Sequence record: NC_104726.1
Source: a phage
Direction: 5' to 3' (one strand)
DNA length: 64,000 nucleotides
Shown: positions 28,143 through 36,957 of the stretch, in pieces
Numbering within the stretch: the stretch's first letter is position 1
Layout: every line of letters begins with the position of its first letter
Notes under the pieces: model-generated
Told to the model about the DNA's origin: nothing
Database searches by the model: none
The model's input: only the letters and a program-made list of their open reading frames with translations
Program-made: the position numbers and the translations under genes

Positions 28143-29072
28143 ATGCGTTTAGGAGAACAGTTATCACGAGAAGAAGTGTTTATCAAGAAAGCTACTGATA
28201 AGCATGGTGACAAGTATGATTACTCCAAAGTTGTATACAAAAACAACACAACACCTGTGAATATAGTGTGCAACAAGTGTGGTACAGTTTTTAGTAAAAC
28301 TCCTAAGTCTCACCTTATAGGCGCAGGATGCCCAGATTGTAAGAACAGGGAGTTAAGTGAGAGATTCCGAATGTCTAAGGAGGAGTTTGTAAAAAGGGCA
28401 ACAGAACTGCACAAGGGGAAGTATGACTACTCTCTTGTAAAAAGTTTTTCTAACAGGAACGACACTGTTACTATTATTTGCCCCATCCACGGAGAGTTCA
28501 AGCAGACAGTTGCAAATCATTTAGCTGGTGGGTGCTACAAGTGTGGAAAAAGAGCGACAGCTAAAAAGATGAGGAAGTCTAAAGATAGATTCATAGAGGA
28601 TGCTACTCAACTACACGGAGACATATATGACTATTCAGAAGTGAAGTATGTGAATACCCACACTCCTGTAACCATTATCTGCAAGTCTTGCGGGTGTAAG
28701 TTTCTTCAACAGCCTGCAAACCACCTGTGCGGTAACGGTTGCCCAGAATGCTCTACTTCAGGATTCAGGCAGAGTACTAAAGAGAGCTGTCTGTACCTTC
28801 TTGTTGATGATCTTACCATTCCCACGGTTATAAAAGTTGGGGTGACTATCAATCTACAGAGCAGACTATACAACATAAGAAGGAACACAAATTTTCCTGT
28901 TCACGTGCTTAAAGTATTTACTTTCGAGCAGGGGTGTGCTACCATGCAGATTGAAAAATTGGTGCATAAAGTCTTTGCAGATCGCAACTGCCACTTCGAA
29001 GGTTTCGACGGGGCAACGGAGTGGTTCTGGTACTCTCATGATATTGTAGAGTTTCTAGAAGACAATTGTTGA
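28143..29072 (+). CDS. zinc-ribbon-repeat protein with T5orf172/GIY-YIG-like domain (paralogue of 24924-26084)
   Basis: Three HGDKYDYS...CPxHGEF...GCPxC repeats plus C-terminal KVGVT...TEWFWY; start at internal ATG after the hairpin. Confidence 0.6.
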   Translation: MRLGEQLSREEVFIKKATDKHGDKYDYSKVVYKNNTTPVNIVCNKCGTVFSKTPKSHLIGAGCPDCKNRELSERFRMSKEEFVKRATELHKGKYDYSLVKSFSNRNDTVTIICPIHGEFKQTVANHLAGGCYKCGKRATAKKMRKSKDRFIEDATQLHGDIYDYSEVKYVNTHTPVTIICKSCGCKFLQQPANHLCGNGCPECSTSGFRQSTKESCLYLLVDDLTIPTVIKVGVTINLQSRLYNIRRNTNFPVHVLKVFTFEQGCATMQIEKLVHKVFADRNCHFEGFDGATEWFWYSHDIVEFLEDNC

Positions 29073-29097
29073 CAAACAGATAAGCTTTAGGTATTAT
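29069..29097 (+). promoter_or_regulatory. sigma70-type promoter (TTGACA-17-TATTAT)
   Basis: Read directly: ttgacaaacagataagctttaggtattat. Confidence 0.6.
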
Positions 29098-29127
29098 TAT
29101 CGGACAAAACAAGGAGAAGGAGATAGT

Positions 29128-29439
29128 ATGGCTACAATACAAGAGAGACTGAATAAAATATACTGCCTGTTTGTCTATAACGGCGAGACAATTTTGGCAA
29201 ATAAAGGATCCAAGAATGTGTGGATCAAGGACAGTGGTGGTAATATAATCAACTTAGCGTTGCTACGTGAGCGCCGACACAGATTCTTTATCGAGTCTCG
29301 GATTATTGAAAGCAGCACCTGCTACAGAACAGGCGATAAAGTAATTGTTGACAATGATACGTGGTATGTGGTAGACTGGCAATCATTGAGCTGTGATGCT
29401 TCTGACAATCGTAAGTATTCCCTAGTGATTGCTAAATAA
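29128..29439 (+). CDS. hypothetical protein (103 aa)
   Basis: GGAGAAGGAG SD upstream of ATG. Confidence 0.5.
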   Translation: MATIQERLNKIYCLFVYNGETILANKGSKNVWIKDSGGNIINLALLRERRHRFFIESRIIESSTCYRTGDKVIVDNDTWYVVDWQSLSCDASDNRKYSLVIAK

Positions 29440-29499
29440 AGGTAAATGTGAATCAGTTTTAAATAAATAGCTTTCAACTTCCAATATTAAGGATTTCTC

Positions 29500-30549
29500 A
29501 TGAATTTAACACCTCGCAGCACCATGGTACACGGCATGAAAGAAAAACAGAACGGTTTCGAACCTATGAGTAATAAAATGTTTGGTATGCCGGGTGGTAT
29601 TATGGAAACATACAGCTACCCAACACCTGTTGTTGACCACGTTCTTTATATCGACGATTTGGAAGACTTACAAGATCATATGTCTCGTCTGCAGACGATC
29701 CGTATGGCTCAGCCAGAAGAAAGTATCCGTGTAATCATTAACAGTCCTGGTGGTTGCGTTCACATTGCTATGGCGTATTTGCAGGCATTCCGCGAGTCTC
29801 AGGCAAGCGTTGTTGCACATGCTGAAGGGATGTGCTGCTCTGCTGGAACAATCTTATGGCTTGGTTGTAAAGAACGTACTGTGGCTCCGGACACAGAGTT
29901 TATGTTCCACTACTATCAAGGTGGCACTTATGGTAACGGTGTGAACATGAATACTCAGGTCAGCTACTGGAAAAAACGTTTTGAACGCCTGATCGAAAAA
30001 TACTACGGTGGGGTGCTGACAGAAGATGAGATCGCATCCATCACAGCTGGTGGCGAAGTGTGGTTGGACGGAGAAGAGCTGGCAGCACGCACTGGAGCTA
30101 TTATTCTGGATGAAGGCAACATACAACGCATCCAGAACGGACAAAAACCGAAAAAGCTTCTGGCAAAAGGTGATGAAGAAGGCGTGTTAGGTGAAGCAGG
30201 TCTTCCGGAGATTCACCAGTGCACATCTTTAGATGAGTTAGTTCATGCTGTTGAATCTGCAAAAGCGGGTGGTTCGAAAGGTGATGTTCACACTGTGTTC
30301 CTGAATCTGCAGATGGAGAGTGGCGAGACCGTCAGAATTGCCCTGGGTGAGATTACTTCAGAAGATCTGCAGAGATTCTCTGTCGTTGAACTTCAGGATA
30401 TTCTGTCTCAATTGAAGACTACTCTGAACGGCGGTGAAGAGGTTAAGGTGAAAGATAAGACTCGCAAGCGTCTGGTGGACAATATTATTAAAACAGCAAA
30501 AGAGCTCAATGAAAAAATCCTGGGTGCAGGAATTGTCGAAGAAGCTTAA
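29500..30549 (+). CDS. ClpP-like serine peptidase with C-terminal extension
   Basis: ClpP signature INSPGG, catalytic Ser context MCCSAGT, His in FMFH; 349 aa with acidic C-terminal half. Confidence 0.7.
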   Translation: MNLTPRSTMVHGMKEKQNGFEPMSNKMFGMPGGIMETYSYPTPVVDHVLYIDDLEDLQDHMSRLQTIRMAQPEESIRVIINSPGGCVHIAMAYLQAFRESQASVVAHAEGMCCSAGTILWLGCKERTVAPDTEFMFHYYQGGTYGNGVNMNTQVSYWKKRFERLIEKYYGGVLTEDEIASITAGGEVWLDGEELAARTGAIILDEGNIQRIQNGQKPKKLLAKGDEEGVLGEAGLPEIHQCTSLDELVHAVESAKAGGSKGDVHTVFLNLQMESGETVRIALGEITSEDLQRFSVVELQDILSQLKTTLNGGEEVKVKDKTRKRLVDNIIKTAKELNEKILGAGIVEEA

Positions 30550-30561
30550 ACATTAATTCTA

Positions 30562-30585
30562 AAGCCCTCTTCGGAGGGCTTTTAT
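30562..30585 (+). terminator. rho-independent terminator
   Basis: aagccctc-ttcg-gagggctt followed by tttat. Confidence 0.6.
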
Positions 30586-30600
30586 GATCTGGAGATTTGC

Positions 30601-31134
30601 ATGACTTGTGCTAGAAAACCTGATGAACAACGTAACGCCTACGATGAGTATGTGACACCGGAGTGGTGTGCAGAAGGGCTGTATGACCTTATTCCGTTCC
30701 CAGAAGACTGGACCTACTTAGAGCCTTGCAGGAATAGTGCCTCAGGTGTGTTCTACTCCCGTATGCCGTTAGGATCTGCATGGGGAGAAATACAAGAAGG
30801 TGTTGACTATCTGAATACAGAATACAACCATGTTGACTGTATTATCACCAACCCACCATACAGCCTGGCTCGTGAGTTTGTAGACAAGGCGTTGAAAGAT
30901 GCTGACGTAGTTATTATGCTTTTGCGTCTTAATTTTCTGGAAAGCAAAGCCAGATTTGAATGGTGGCTTGATAATGCACCTACTACTGTGATCACAATAT
31001 CTAAGCGTCCATCATTTCAATCAAACGGCAGAACTGACGGGCAAGCATATGCATATTTTGTGTGGGATAAGAAAAACCGTTTAGACTTGCCGCCGTTTAT
31101 GTGGTTGGCACCCCCAGAGGTAGACCTGAAATGA
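30601..31134 (+). CDS. DNA methyltransferase (NPPY motif; N6-adenine or N4-cytosine)
   Basis: Motif IV IITNPPYS; small 177-aa MTase. Confidence 0.65.
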   Translation: MTCARKPDEQRNAYDEYVTPEWCAEGLYDLIPFPEDWTYLEPCRNSASGVFYSRMPLGSAWGEIQEGVDYLNTEYNHVDCIITNPPYSLAREFVDKALKDADVVIMLLRLNFLESKARFEWWLDNAPTTVITISKRPSFQSNGRTDGQAYAYFVWDKKNRLDLPPFMWLAPPEVDLK

Positions 31135-31415
31135 AAATGAGTGCTAAGGACAAATTACACCATCTAGCGCTAAAACGCCCTGTAACGCTCCCTGACGAGC
31201 TTAACTCCATTTATGATGCGATTGTAGGGGAGATACAAAATAAAGCGTTAGCAGGCTTTCTGGGGTGCGGATTTTCGATAAATCTACCCTCGCATCTCTC
31301 AGATTACTTCCCGCACATTGTTGGAGATTTAAGGGCAGGAGGTCTGCAGGTAGATGTTGTTGGGATCTCCCCAGAGAAAAATAATACGGTTGCCTACTTG
31401 ACAGTAACCTGGTAG
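31131..31415 (+). CDS. hypothetical protein
   Basis: ATG overlapping upstream stop (ATGA); track ORF extends upstream into MTase. Confidence 0.45.
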   Translation: MKMSAKDKLHHLALKRPVTLPDELNSIYDAIVGEIQNKALAGFLGCGFSINLPSHLSDYFPHIVGDLRAGGLQVDVVGISPEKNNTVAYLTVTW

Positions 31416-31451
31416 TTGTGTATTGTTGTTTTCAACAAGAGGGGGTCATTT

Positions 31452-31691
31452 ATGTACAAGTCATTTTCAATCTACTCAAGACAGGCGAAACACTACACAG
31501 AGATCCTGATCACTCAGAAAAAATCTGTGGAAGGTGAGTGGGAATATCACCATAAAATGTTGCGTCCAGACTGGGTTTTTGATAGACTTATTGCTATGAT
31601 CCCTCTCGGAGAAGTATACCCTCTGACAGCCCATCGCGATGCTTGGGATTTAATTGATTACATAGATTCATTTAAGGAGCCTAGATTATGA
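31452..31691 (+). CDS. hypothetical protein
   Basis: Internal ATG with AGGGGG SD. Confidence 0.45.
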   Translation: MYKSFSIYSRQAKHYTEILITQKKSVEGEWEYHHKMLRPDWVFDRLIAMIPLGEVYPLTAHRDAWDLIDYIDSFKEPRL

Positions 31692-32086
31692 AGATTGAGA
31701 TTACTAAAGAAGGTAAGAAAGTGTCCGGCAACTATGCAACAGTAATTCGGGATTTAATGTTTGAAGCCACCAAGATCGGTACATCTAAAGTTGGTCAAAC
31801 TGTTAGTGTGAAAAGTAATATCTCCACAGGAGAGAAGGTATTCATTGTGGTCAAAGGGCAGGATCCCGTGGAAGGAACAGTGGGCCGAGGTGGCTACCTG
31901 TGCATTTCTGAAGAGCCGCGTATGTTAGTGGCTGACGCTACTATGGGTGGGAAACGTGTGTGCGAGGCGGATGAGGTAATGATTATCCAACCTGTTGATC
32001 CAGATGACCCAGCAACTTGGGTGGTAGGAAATGAAATCTTCTCTTTAGAAGAGTTATCCTTCCCAGCACCGCGCTCTGTTCAGTAA
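31688..32086 (+). CDS. hypothetical protein, possible distant member of small-protein family A
   Basis: MKIEIT N-terminus and VFIVVKG core similar to family A members. Confidence 0.5.
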   Translation: MKIEITKEGKKVSGNYATVIRDLMFEATKIGTSKVGQTVSVKSNISTGEKVFIVVKGQDPVEGTVGRGGYLCISEEPRMLVADATMGGKRVCEADEVMIIQPVDPDDPATWVVGNEIFSLEELSFPAPRSVQ

Positions 32087-32123
32087 TAATTTATCTTACC
32101 AGGGACGGTAGGTAGGAGGTAGC

Positions 32124-32357
32124 ATGAAAGTTAAATTTCTTACAGATTTAGGGTACCCTTCCTTGGTTGACTGTGTCGGTAAAATTGTGGAAGCAAAACG
32201 GCTATCTGCAAACGAGAATGTTGTCCTGGTTAAAGGGAAGGATTTACTAGCTGCAGGTGCAGAGTCTGGCAGGATCTCTCCTGATTATATGTATTACCTA
32301 TCTTTAAGTAATCTGCCAGAGCGAGGCGGTAAAGGCCTTGAAGTTGTGGAGGAGTGA
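32124..32357 (+). CDS. small acidic protein, paralogue family A
   Basis: MKVKFL...LVKGKDLLAAGA...EVVEE pattern shared with ORFs at 35686, 35900, 37416-40076. Confidence 0.55.
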   Translation: MKVKFLTDLGYPSLVDCVGKIVEAKRLSANENVVLVKGKDLLAAGAESGRISPDYMYYLSLSNLPERGGKGLEVVEE

Positions 32358-32887
32358 CAGGTATGCTTCTGATTAACTGGGAAGACCTCTATGGGGACAA
32401 AGACCCTGTTGCGTTTGTTGATCGTAGGTGGAGATACACTGAAGAACAACTGGCGGCAAAAAATTTAACTGCAAAACGCAGAAAGATCATCCAGTGCAAG
32501 TACAAATACGCACAGTTTGCTGCAAAAGTGTCTCCACAAATCGAGAGCTTTGTGCTTAAATTGTATGACGAGTACCTCAAATTCAAATTGGATTTTGTGC
32601 AGGTGTACCGTGCACAGGTACGACCAGATACCAACATATGTAGATGGAAGGTTGTTTGTGAAGGTAAAGATTTGCCGCTCAGCTTGACAATTGAGTGGCG
32701 TTATGGGTATCATGAGTGTGGTCTGTATGATATTTGGGATGTCATTGTAGATCCTGCTAAGCATCTGAACACAGAGGAGCTGGAATATATCAATAAGGTT
32801 ATTCTCGATATGTTTTTCAGCTACACACATGAAAACTCTGAGAAAGAACGGGATAATTTTCTTGACACCCTCAGCGACCATTTGTAG
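32354..32887 (+). CDS. hypothetical protein (177 aa)
   Basis: ORF overlapping upstream stop. Confidence 0.5.
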   Translation: MTGMLLINWEDLYGDKDPVAFVDRRWRYTEEQLAAKNLTAKRRKIIQCKYKYAQFAAKVSPQIESFVLKLYDEYLKFKLDFVQVYRAQVRPDTNICRWKVVCEGKDLPLSLTIEWRYGYHECGLYDIWDVIVDPAKHLNTEELEYINKVILDMFFSYTHENSEKERDNFLDTLSDHL

Positions 32888-32917
32888 TATACAATTTAAC
32901 CTACAAAGGGAGGACCA

Positions 32918-33145
32918 ATGAGTATAAATGTTGTGCTAATAGGTTACCTGGTAATGTCCGTTATAACAGCGGTATTCTTGACAGGTGTATGCATCGTGTC
33001 CAGACGAAGGGTGAAGTTTGATGATTTTATCACCATCATCACTGCTGCACCTTTTTGGCCTGTTGTTATCTTCATCGTAATAATGTGCCTAGTTGATTAC
33101 TACAAGAATATCAGGAAGGAGAGTAGGGATGGAGACCGCACCTAA
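32918..33145 (+). CDS. small membrane protein (two hydrophobic segments)
   Basis: Hydrophobic stretches VVLIGYLVMSVITAVFLTGV and FWPVVIFIVIMCLV. Confidence 0.45.
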   Translation: MSINVVLIGYLVMSVITAVFLTGVCIVSRRRVKFDDFITIITAAPFWPVVIFIVIMCLVDYYKNIRKESRDGDRT

Positions 33146-33281
33146 AACTATCTATACTGTTCTTAAAGAGATTGCGTTCTACGCAGATCTTAGCCAGGCA
33201 CCTTTATGGGAAAAGAGCATGTATTTAAAATGGTGCGTTAATTTAGGGAGACCTTCCAGTGTTTCAAGCCATGTTTATTGA
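33129..33281 (+). CDS. hypothetical small protein
   Basis: ATG after AAGGAGAG SD; overlaps neighbours. Confidence 0.35.
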   Translation: METAPKTIYTVLKEIAFYADLSQAPLWEKSMYLKWCVNLGRPSSVSSHVY

Positions 33282-33364
33282 GATGCTATCTGGGATATTG
33301 TTACTAGTAGCCATCTTAGGTGGTGCAGTTCTGATGTATAACTATCTTGAAAAAGGAGACAGCA

Positions 33365-33550
33365 ATGGTAAAAAATAAATCTTTAGAGCAGGCTGAAAAC
33401 CTTCTCCACGAGCTGGTAAAGGAGTGGAAAGTTGAATACTCAGATTTTAATGCACGAGAGGGTGAAGATTATTGGCCTACGGAGCGCTCAGAGGGCGAAT
33501 GGTATCAAGATTTTATAGAGTGGTTATATCAGACGTGCGATGAGGGGTGA
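33365..33550 (+). CDS. hypothetical small acidic protein
   Basis: ATG after AAAGGAGACAGCA SD. Confidence 0.45.
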   Translation: MVKNKSLEQAENLLHELVKEWKVEYSDFNAREGEDYWPTERSEGEWYQDFIEWLYQTCDEG

Positions 33551-34017
33551 CGATGTTTGTTAAATATGTAAAAACGTGCCTCAACAGTCTTGGCAGAGAG
33601 CATTGGTACACCTTGCTTGAAAAAGGGGAAATTTTAACAAAATCTGGAAAGATAACTTTGATACCTCTTGATAGTAAAGGTAAAGACCCGTCACGACTTG
33701 TTATAGATGATTACGTTACAGGTGTGACGTTCGAGGTCTCTGTGGAGAGGTTAATACGCAGAGCTGGCGGCCCTTATGACCGAAGAGAGTATGTTTTCGA
33801 TTCCGTTACAGAGATGGGGGAGCATCCGTCTTTAATGTTCAGGATGGTAATCAGAGATATGAGGTCATCTATAGATAGGATCGTAAAGGACATTAAGGAA
33901 CCTTTTAGAGTAAAAGTTAAGAAGTTTTTCGATTCTAAGATTAACATACTCGCCGTTGCACTAGGTGTAGTTCAACTTCTGTTAATTTTGCACTATTTTG
34001 AACTACTATTTAAGTAG
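33547..34017 (+). CDS. hypothetical protein with C-terminal transmembrane segment
   Basis: C-terminal ILAVALGVVQLLLILHYF hydrophobic helix. Confidence 0.5.
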   Translation: MTMFVKYVKTCLNSLGREHWYTLLEKGEILTKSGKITLIPLDSKGKDPSRLVIDDYVTGVTFEVSVERLIRRAGGPYDRREYVFDSVTEMGEHPSLMFRMVIRDMRSSIDRIVKDIKEPFRVKVKKFFDSKINILAVALGVVQLLLILHYFELLFK

Positions 34018-34079
34018 TAGTTGAGATATGGCACAAAGGATGTGCCATAGTGAAATAAACTAAGAAAGAGGTAGAGAGA

Positions 34080-34427
34080 ATGCCAAAGATTAAAACGTTA
34101 TTACTGTGGGTAGCTGTTTTAGCTTTTATAGGGTACTGGACTTGGGAAACTGAATTAAAAGATATCGGATATACCAGTCTTGAGAGCAAGGCGTGCATTG
34201 GCATAACCGATGCGTTCAGGCAAAATGCTATGGATCACGAATGTGTTGATGCAGATATAGATGAGAAACTGTCTAAGGACAAAGATTTTTACCATGGGCA
34301 TGCTTTACTTGATAGTGGTGACACTGTAGAGTTCTGGTCGTGGTTTCGTGAAGATGGAACAATAAAAACAGCAGTAAAGATCTCTAACAAAGAGTTAATG
34401 CTGTTGCAGCAAAAGGAGGCTCAATGA
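34080..34427 (+). CDS. hypothetical protein with N-terminal transmembrane/signal segment
   Basis: TLLLWVAVLAFIGYW N-terminal hydrophobic segment. Confidence 0.5.
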   Translation: MPKIKTLLLWVAVLAFIGYWTWETELKDIGYTSLESKACIGITDAFRQNAMDHECVDADIDEKLSKDKDFYHGHALLDSGDTVEFWSWFREDGTIKTAVKISNKELMLLQQKEAQ

Positions 34428-34711
34428 TCTGGATATCCTATGCTGATGGCACCATGCTGTATACTGCAGGTACTAGGTATGAAGTTCAGGAGGACGATAA
34501 AAAATTTATCGTAAAAACATTTGACAAGGACGACAACCTTTTGTTAGAATTGACTTACAAGGTTGGGGAGGTATCTAGCATCCAGTTGGATTGTGGTCAT
34601 AAAGATAATCCACTCAAAAAACCTGGAGTAGGTAAGGCTTCAGAAGAACGTCTGTCTCGTATTGCAGAAAGCGTTTCTCCCCAAAAATCTAAGAAGAGGA
34701 CTAGAAAATGA
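34424..34711 (+). CDS. hypothetical protein (95 aa)
   Basis: ORF, ATGA overlap with neighbours. Confidence 0.45.
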   Translation: MIWISYADGTMLYTAGTRYEVQEDDKKFIVKTFDKDDNLLLELTYKVGEVSSIQLDCGHKDNPLKKPGVGKASEERLSRIAESVSPQKSKKRTRK

Positions 34712-34902
34712 AAAACTTACGTTTTAACACTTATTACTACAACACATTGAATGATTTGTATTATATTGTTCGAAGTAAAAGTCCTGAAACAGTCCTATTC
34801 TGCCGCGAACCTTTCAAAGGGGAGGAAGTAGAGTCTGAGATGAATGTTAGCCAGATCACCTCTTTGTTGCTCTCAGGCGCAATGGAAGAAGCAATATTCT
34901 AA
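34708..34902 (+). CDS. hypothetical protein (64 aa)
   Basis: ORF, ATGA overlap. Confidence 0.4.
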   Translation: MKNLRFNTYYYNTLNDLYYIVRSKSPETVLFCREPFKGEEVESEMNVSQITSLLLSGAMEEAIF

Positions 34903-34920
34903 ACCAGGCAGGAGGGTTTT

Positions 34921-35109
34921 ATGAAGCACTATTGCCTGTCTGGTAGAATGGGTGCAGATTGTGATTGGGTTTTCTTAAAACTTGTCAGCATTCGAGAGTT
35001 CATCCCAGAGGAAGAGCAAGAAAGCGAGCTGATGTCATGGATCAACCATTACGGTAACACTTTTCGGCATGTTAAGGTAGAAGAGTTGCCAAGCGAGGCT
35101 GAATTATGA
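34921..35109 (+). CDS. hypothetical protein (62 aa)
   Basis: ORF with SD GGAGGG. Confidence 0.4.
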   Translation: MKHYCLSGRMGADCDWVFLKLVSIREFIPEEEQESELMSWINHYGNTFRHVKVEELPSEAEL

Positions 35110-35402
35110 AACTTTTTGAGTGGTTTAAAAAGTTTAAATATAAAGCTGTAGCCATCGTGCCGTGGTCCATTCAGTGGGTTGATGAAGGTGGTCTACCGAT
35201 ACCTGGTGACAAAGATACTGGGTACTGGATTATGATGGAGAACGGGTTTGGAAAGCGAAAGTATACGTGCACAAACTCTACTCGATCTGCACTTAATAGA
35301 GTGCCCGGTTACAAACTTATGGTTGTGTGGAAAATGTCAGGCGTGCCTCCAGCCAATGCTCAATTTCTTACTGACAATCCGACCACGGTAGAGGGAGATT
35401 GA
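35106..35402 (+). CDS. hypothetical protein (98 aa)
   Basis: ORF, ATGA overlap. Confidence 0.45.
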   Translation: MKLFEWFKKFKYKAVAIVPWSIQWVDEGGLPIPGDKDTGYWIMMENGFGKRKYTCTNSTRSALNRVPGYKLMVVWKMSGVPPANAQFLTDNPTTVEGD

Positions 35403-35686
35403 TAATGAAAAAGATTAACAGTAGTGAAGTAGAGTTTAAACTTGTCGGAAAAGGCACTTACTGGGAAGTTCGTCAAAAGGTATATTTGTTCGGTCTTATT
35501 CCCTACTGGTCTAAATTCTACTGGGGAGCTAACGAGTTGGGAAGATATGCCACCAAATCAATGGCACTTATTGGTATAGCAGAGTACATTGCAGCCCGAG
35601 ACAGGGTTGGAACCACTTATTACTACACTGCTGACGATATTCGTAACAGTGTTTACGTCCCACAACCACCTGATGGAGACCGTTGA
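35399..35686 (+). CDS. hypothetical protein (95 aa)
   Basis: ORF, overlap with neighbours. Confidence 0.45.
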   Translation: MIMKKINSSEVEFKLVGKGTYWEVRQKVYLFGLIPYWSKFYWGANELGRYATKSMALIGIAEYIAARDRVGTTYYYTADDIRNSVYVPQPPDGDR

Positions 35687-35910
35687 TGAAAGTTAAAGTT
35701 TTAGATTCAAGCTTCTATATTGGTCAGGAGCCTTTAGTAGGAAAAGTGTTTACTGCTGTCCCTAACGAAGATTACCCTGACCTTTTAAAAATAAAAGGAG
35801 CAGATCTTATTGCCGCTGGTGCATCTCAGGAATGCTTTGACAGTCAGTGGACCTATAACTTTGCCCTAGGTGAGGATGTAGAGGTAGTGGAGGACGATCA
35901 TGAAGGTTAA
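35686..35910 (+). CDS. small acidic protein, paralogue family A
   Basis: MKVKVLDSSFYIGQ...KGADLIAAGA...VEVVED. Confidence 0.55.
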   Translation: MKVKVLDSSFYIGQEPLVGKVFTAVPNEDYPDLLKIKGADLIAAGASQECFDSQWTYNFALGEDVEVVEDDHEG

Positions 35911-36154
35911 AATTCTTGATTCTAACGTCTACTTGGGACAATCCTTCCTGAATGGAAAGGTCGTTCCTGCGGTATACTTTGAAGGGTTGCCGTGGGATGA
36001 TCCTGTGCGGCAACATCACAGTTATGTAGGCCACAACGTGGTGTTTATCTTGGGATCAGACCTGATCACCGCTGGTGCACCTGAATATTATTTCGGGGAA
36101 GAGTCCTACTATGCCTTTGGGGTAGGGTCAGATGCAGATATTGTAGAGCTGTGA
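35900..36154 (+). CDS. small acidic protein, paralogue family A
   Basis: MKVKILDSNVYLGQ...GSDLITAGA...DIVEL. Confidence 0.55.
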   Translation: MKVKILDSNVYLGQSFLNGKVVPAVYFEGLPWDDPVRQHHSYVGHNVVFILGSDLITAGAPEYYFGEESYYAFGVGSDADIVEL

Positions 36155-36166
36155 TGGGTAACCGTT

Positions 36167-36565
36167 GTGAAAAATAAACTGTTTAAAGTTACAATGAAAA
36201 TTCGCGGGGCTTGGAGCGTAAAGCAAGGGCGTATTCCAGAATTTGAGAAAGACTTCTACGTAGTCTCCACCTCGGAGGAGGCTGCATGCTGGCAGGCTGG
36301 CTATGCCTATGCAAGAACCTGGTACGAAGGATACCAGACTGGGGGCTATGACGGAGAAATTATCAGCAAGGGTGTAGAAGAAATTAATGTGTTGACAAGT
36401 GAAAAAGTTTTTGTTATAGTGCATCCAGATTCCAGAGTGAAGCATTACTGGAATGCCAGAACAAAAACTTGGACACCGTTTGCAGATTCTGCTACGCCAC
36501 TTTTAAACCAGAAAGCTCTTGACTCTGCCCCAAGTTATGGGGTTGTTGAAGAAAAGCTAAACTGA
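36167..36565 (+). CDS. hypothetical protein, paralogue family B
   Basis: HPDSRVKHYWNARTKTWTP matches HPHSNIAYYWDVLNNEWTP in the ORF at 38377. Confidence 0.5.
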   Translation: MKNKLFKVTMKIRGAWSVKQGRIPEFEKDFYVVSTSEEAACWQAGYAYARTWYEGYQTGGYDGEIISKGVEEINVLTSEKVFVIVHPDSRVKHYWNARTKTWTPFADSATPLLNQKALDSAPSYGVVEEKLN

Positions 36566-36582
36566 AACAGTGAGGTGTCACC

Positions 36583-36873
36583 ATGATGGATTTAATTCTA
36601 AATATTGATAACGCAGGAGAGTTTAAAGACGATGGTGTAACAAGCATGGACAAACCCTGCTCTGCTAAGGTTGACTCAAAATGGACCTACAAGTTTGACG
36701 GAGAGACCTTCGCAAATGATGAGAAGGTTGTAGATGCTGCAGCCATTTTAAACGCTCTAGGGTACGACCCTGTGAATTCTTTGATCAAGGATCCTGTTGA
36801 GTTTGCAGAGTATGTTCGAAAAATGGCAGATCTTGCTGTGGATATTTTAAAAACTATCGACAACAAGCTGTAA
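36583..36873 (+). CDS. hypothetical protein (96 aa)
   Basis: ORF with SD GAGGTG. Confidence 0.45.
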   Translation: MMDLILNIDNAGEFKDDGVTSMDKPCSAKVDSKWTYKFDGETFANDEKVVDAAAILNALGYDPVNSLIKDPVEFAEYVRKMADLAVDILKTIDNKL

Positions 36874-36879
36874 AAACTG

Positions 36880-36908
36880 TTGACACAACGCTTCAGATTT
36901 AGTATCAT
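36880..36908 (+). promoter_or_regulatory. sigma70-type promoter (TTGACA-17-TATCAT)
   Basis: Read directly: ttgacacaacgcttcagatttagtatcat, upstream of the hpf-like gene. Confidence 0.5.
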
Positions 36909-36957
36909 TGTTTTCAAAGAGAGATAGTTATTCCCTCTTCCTTAAAAGGAACACGTT

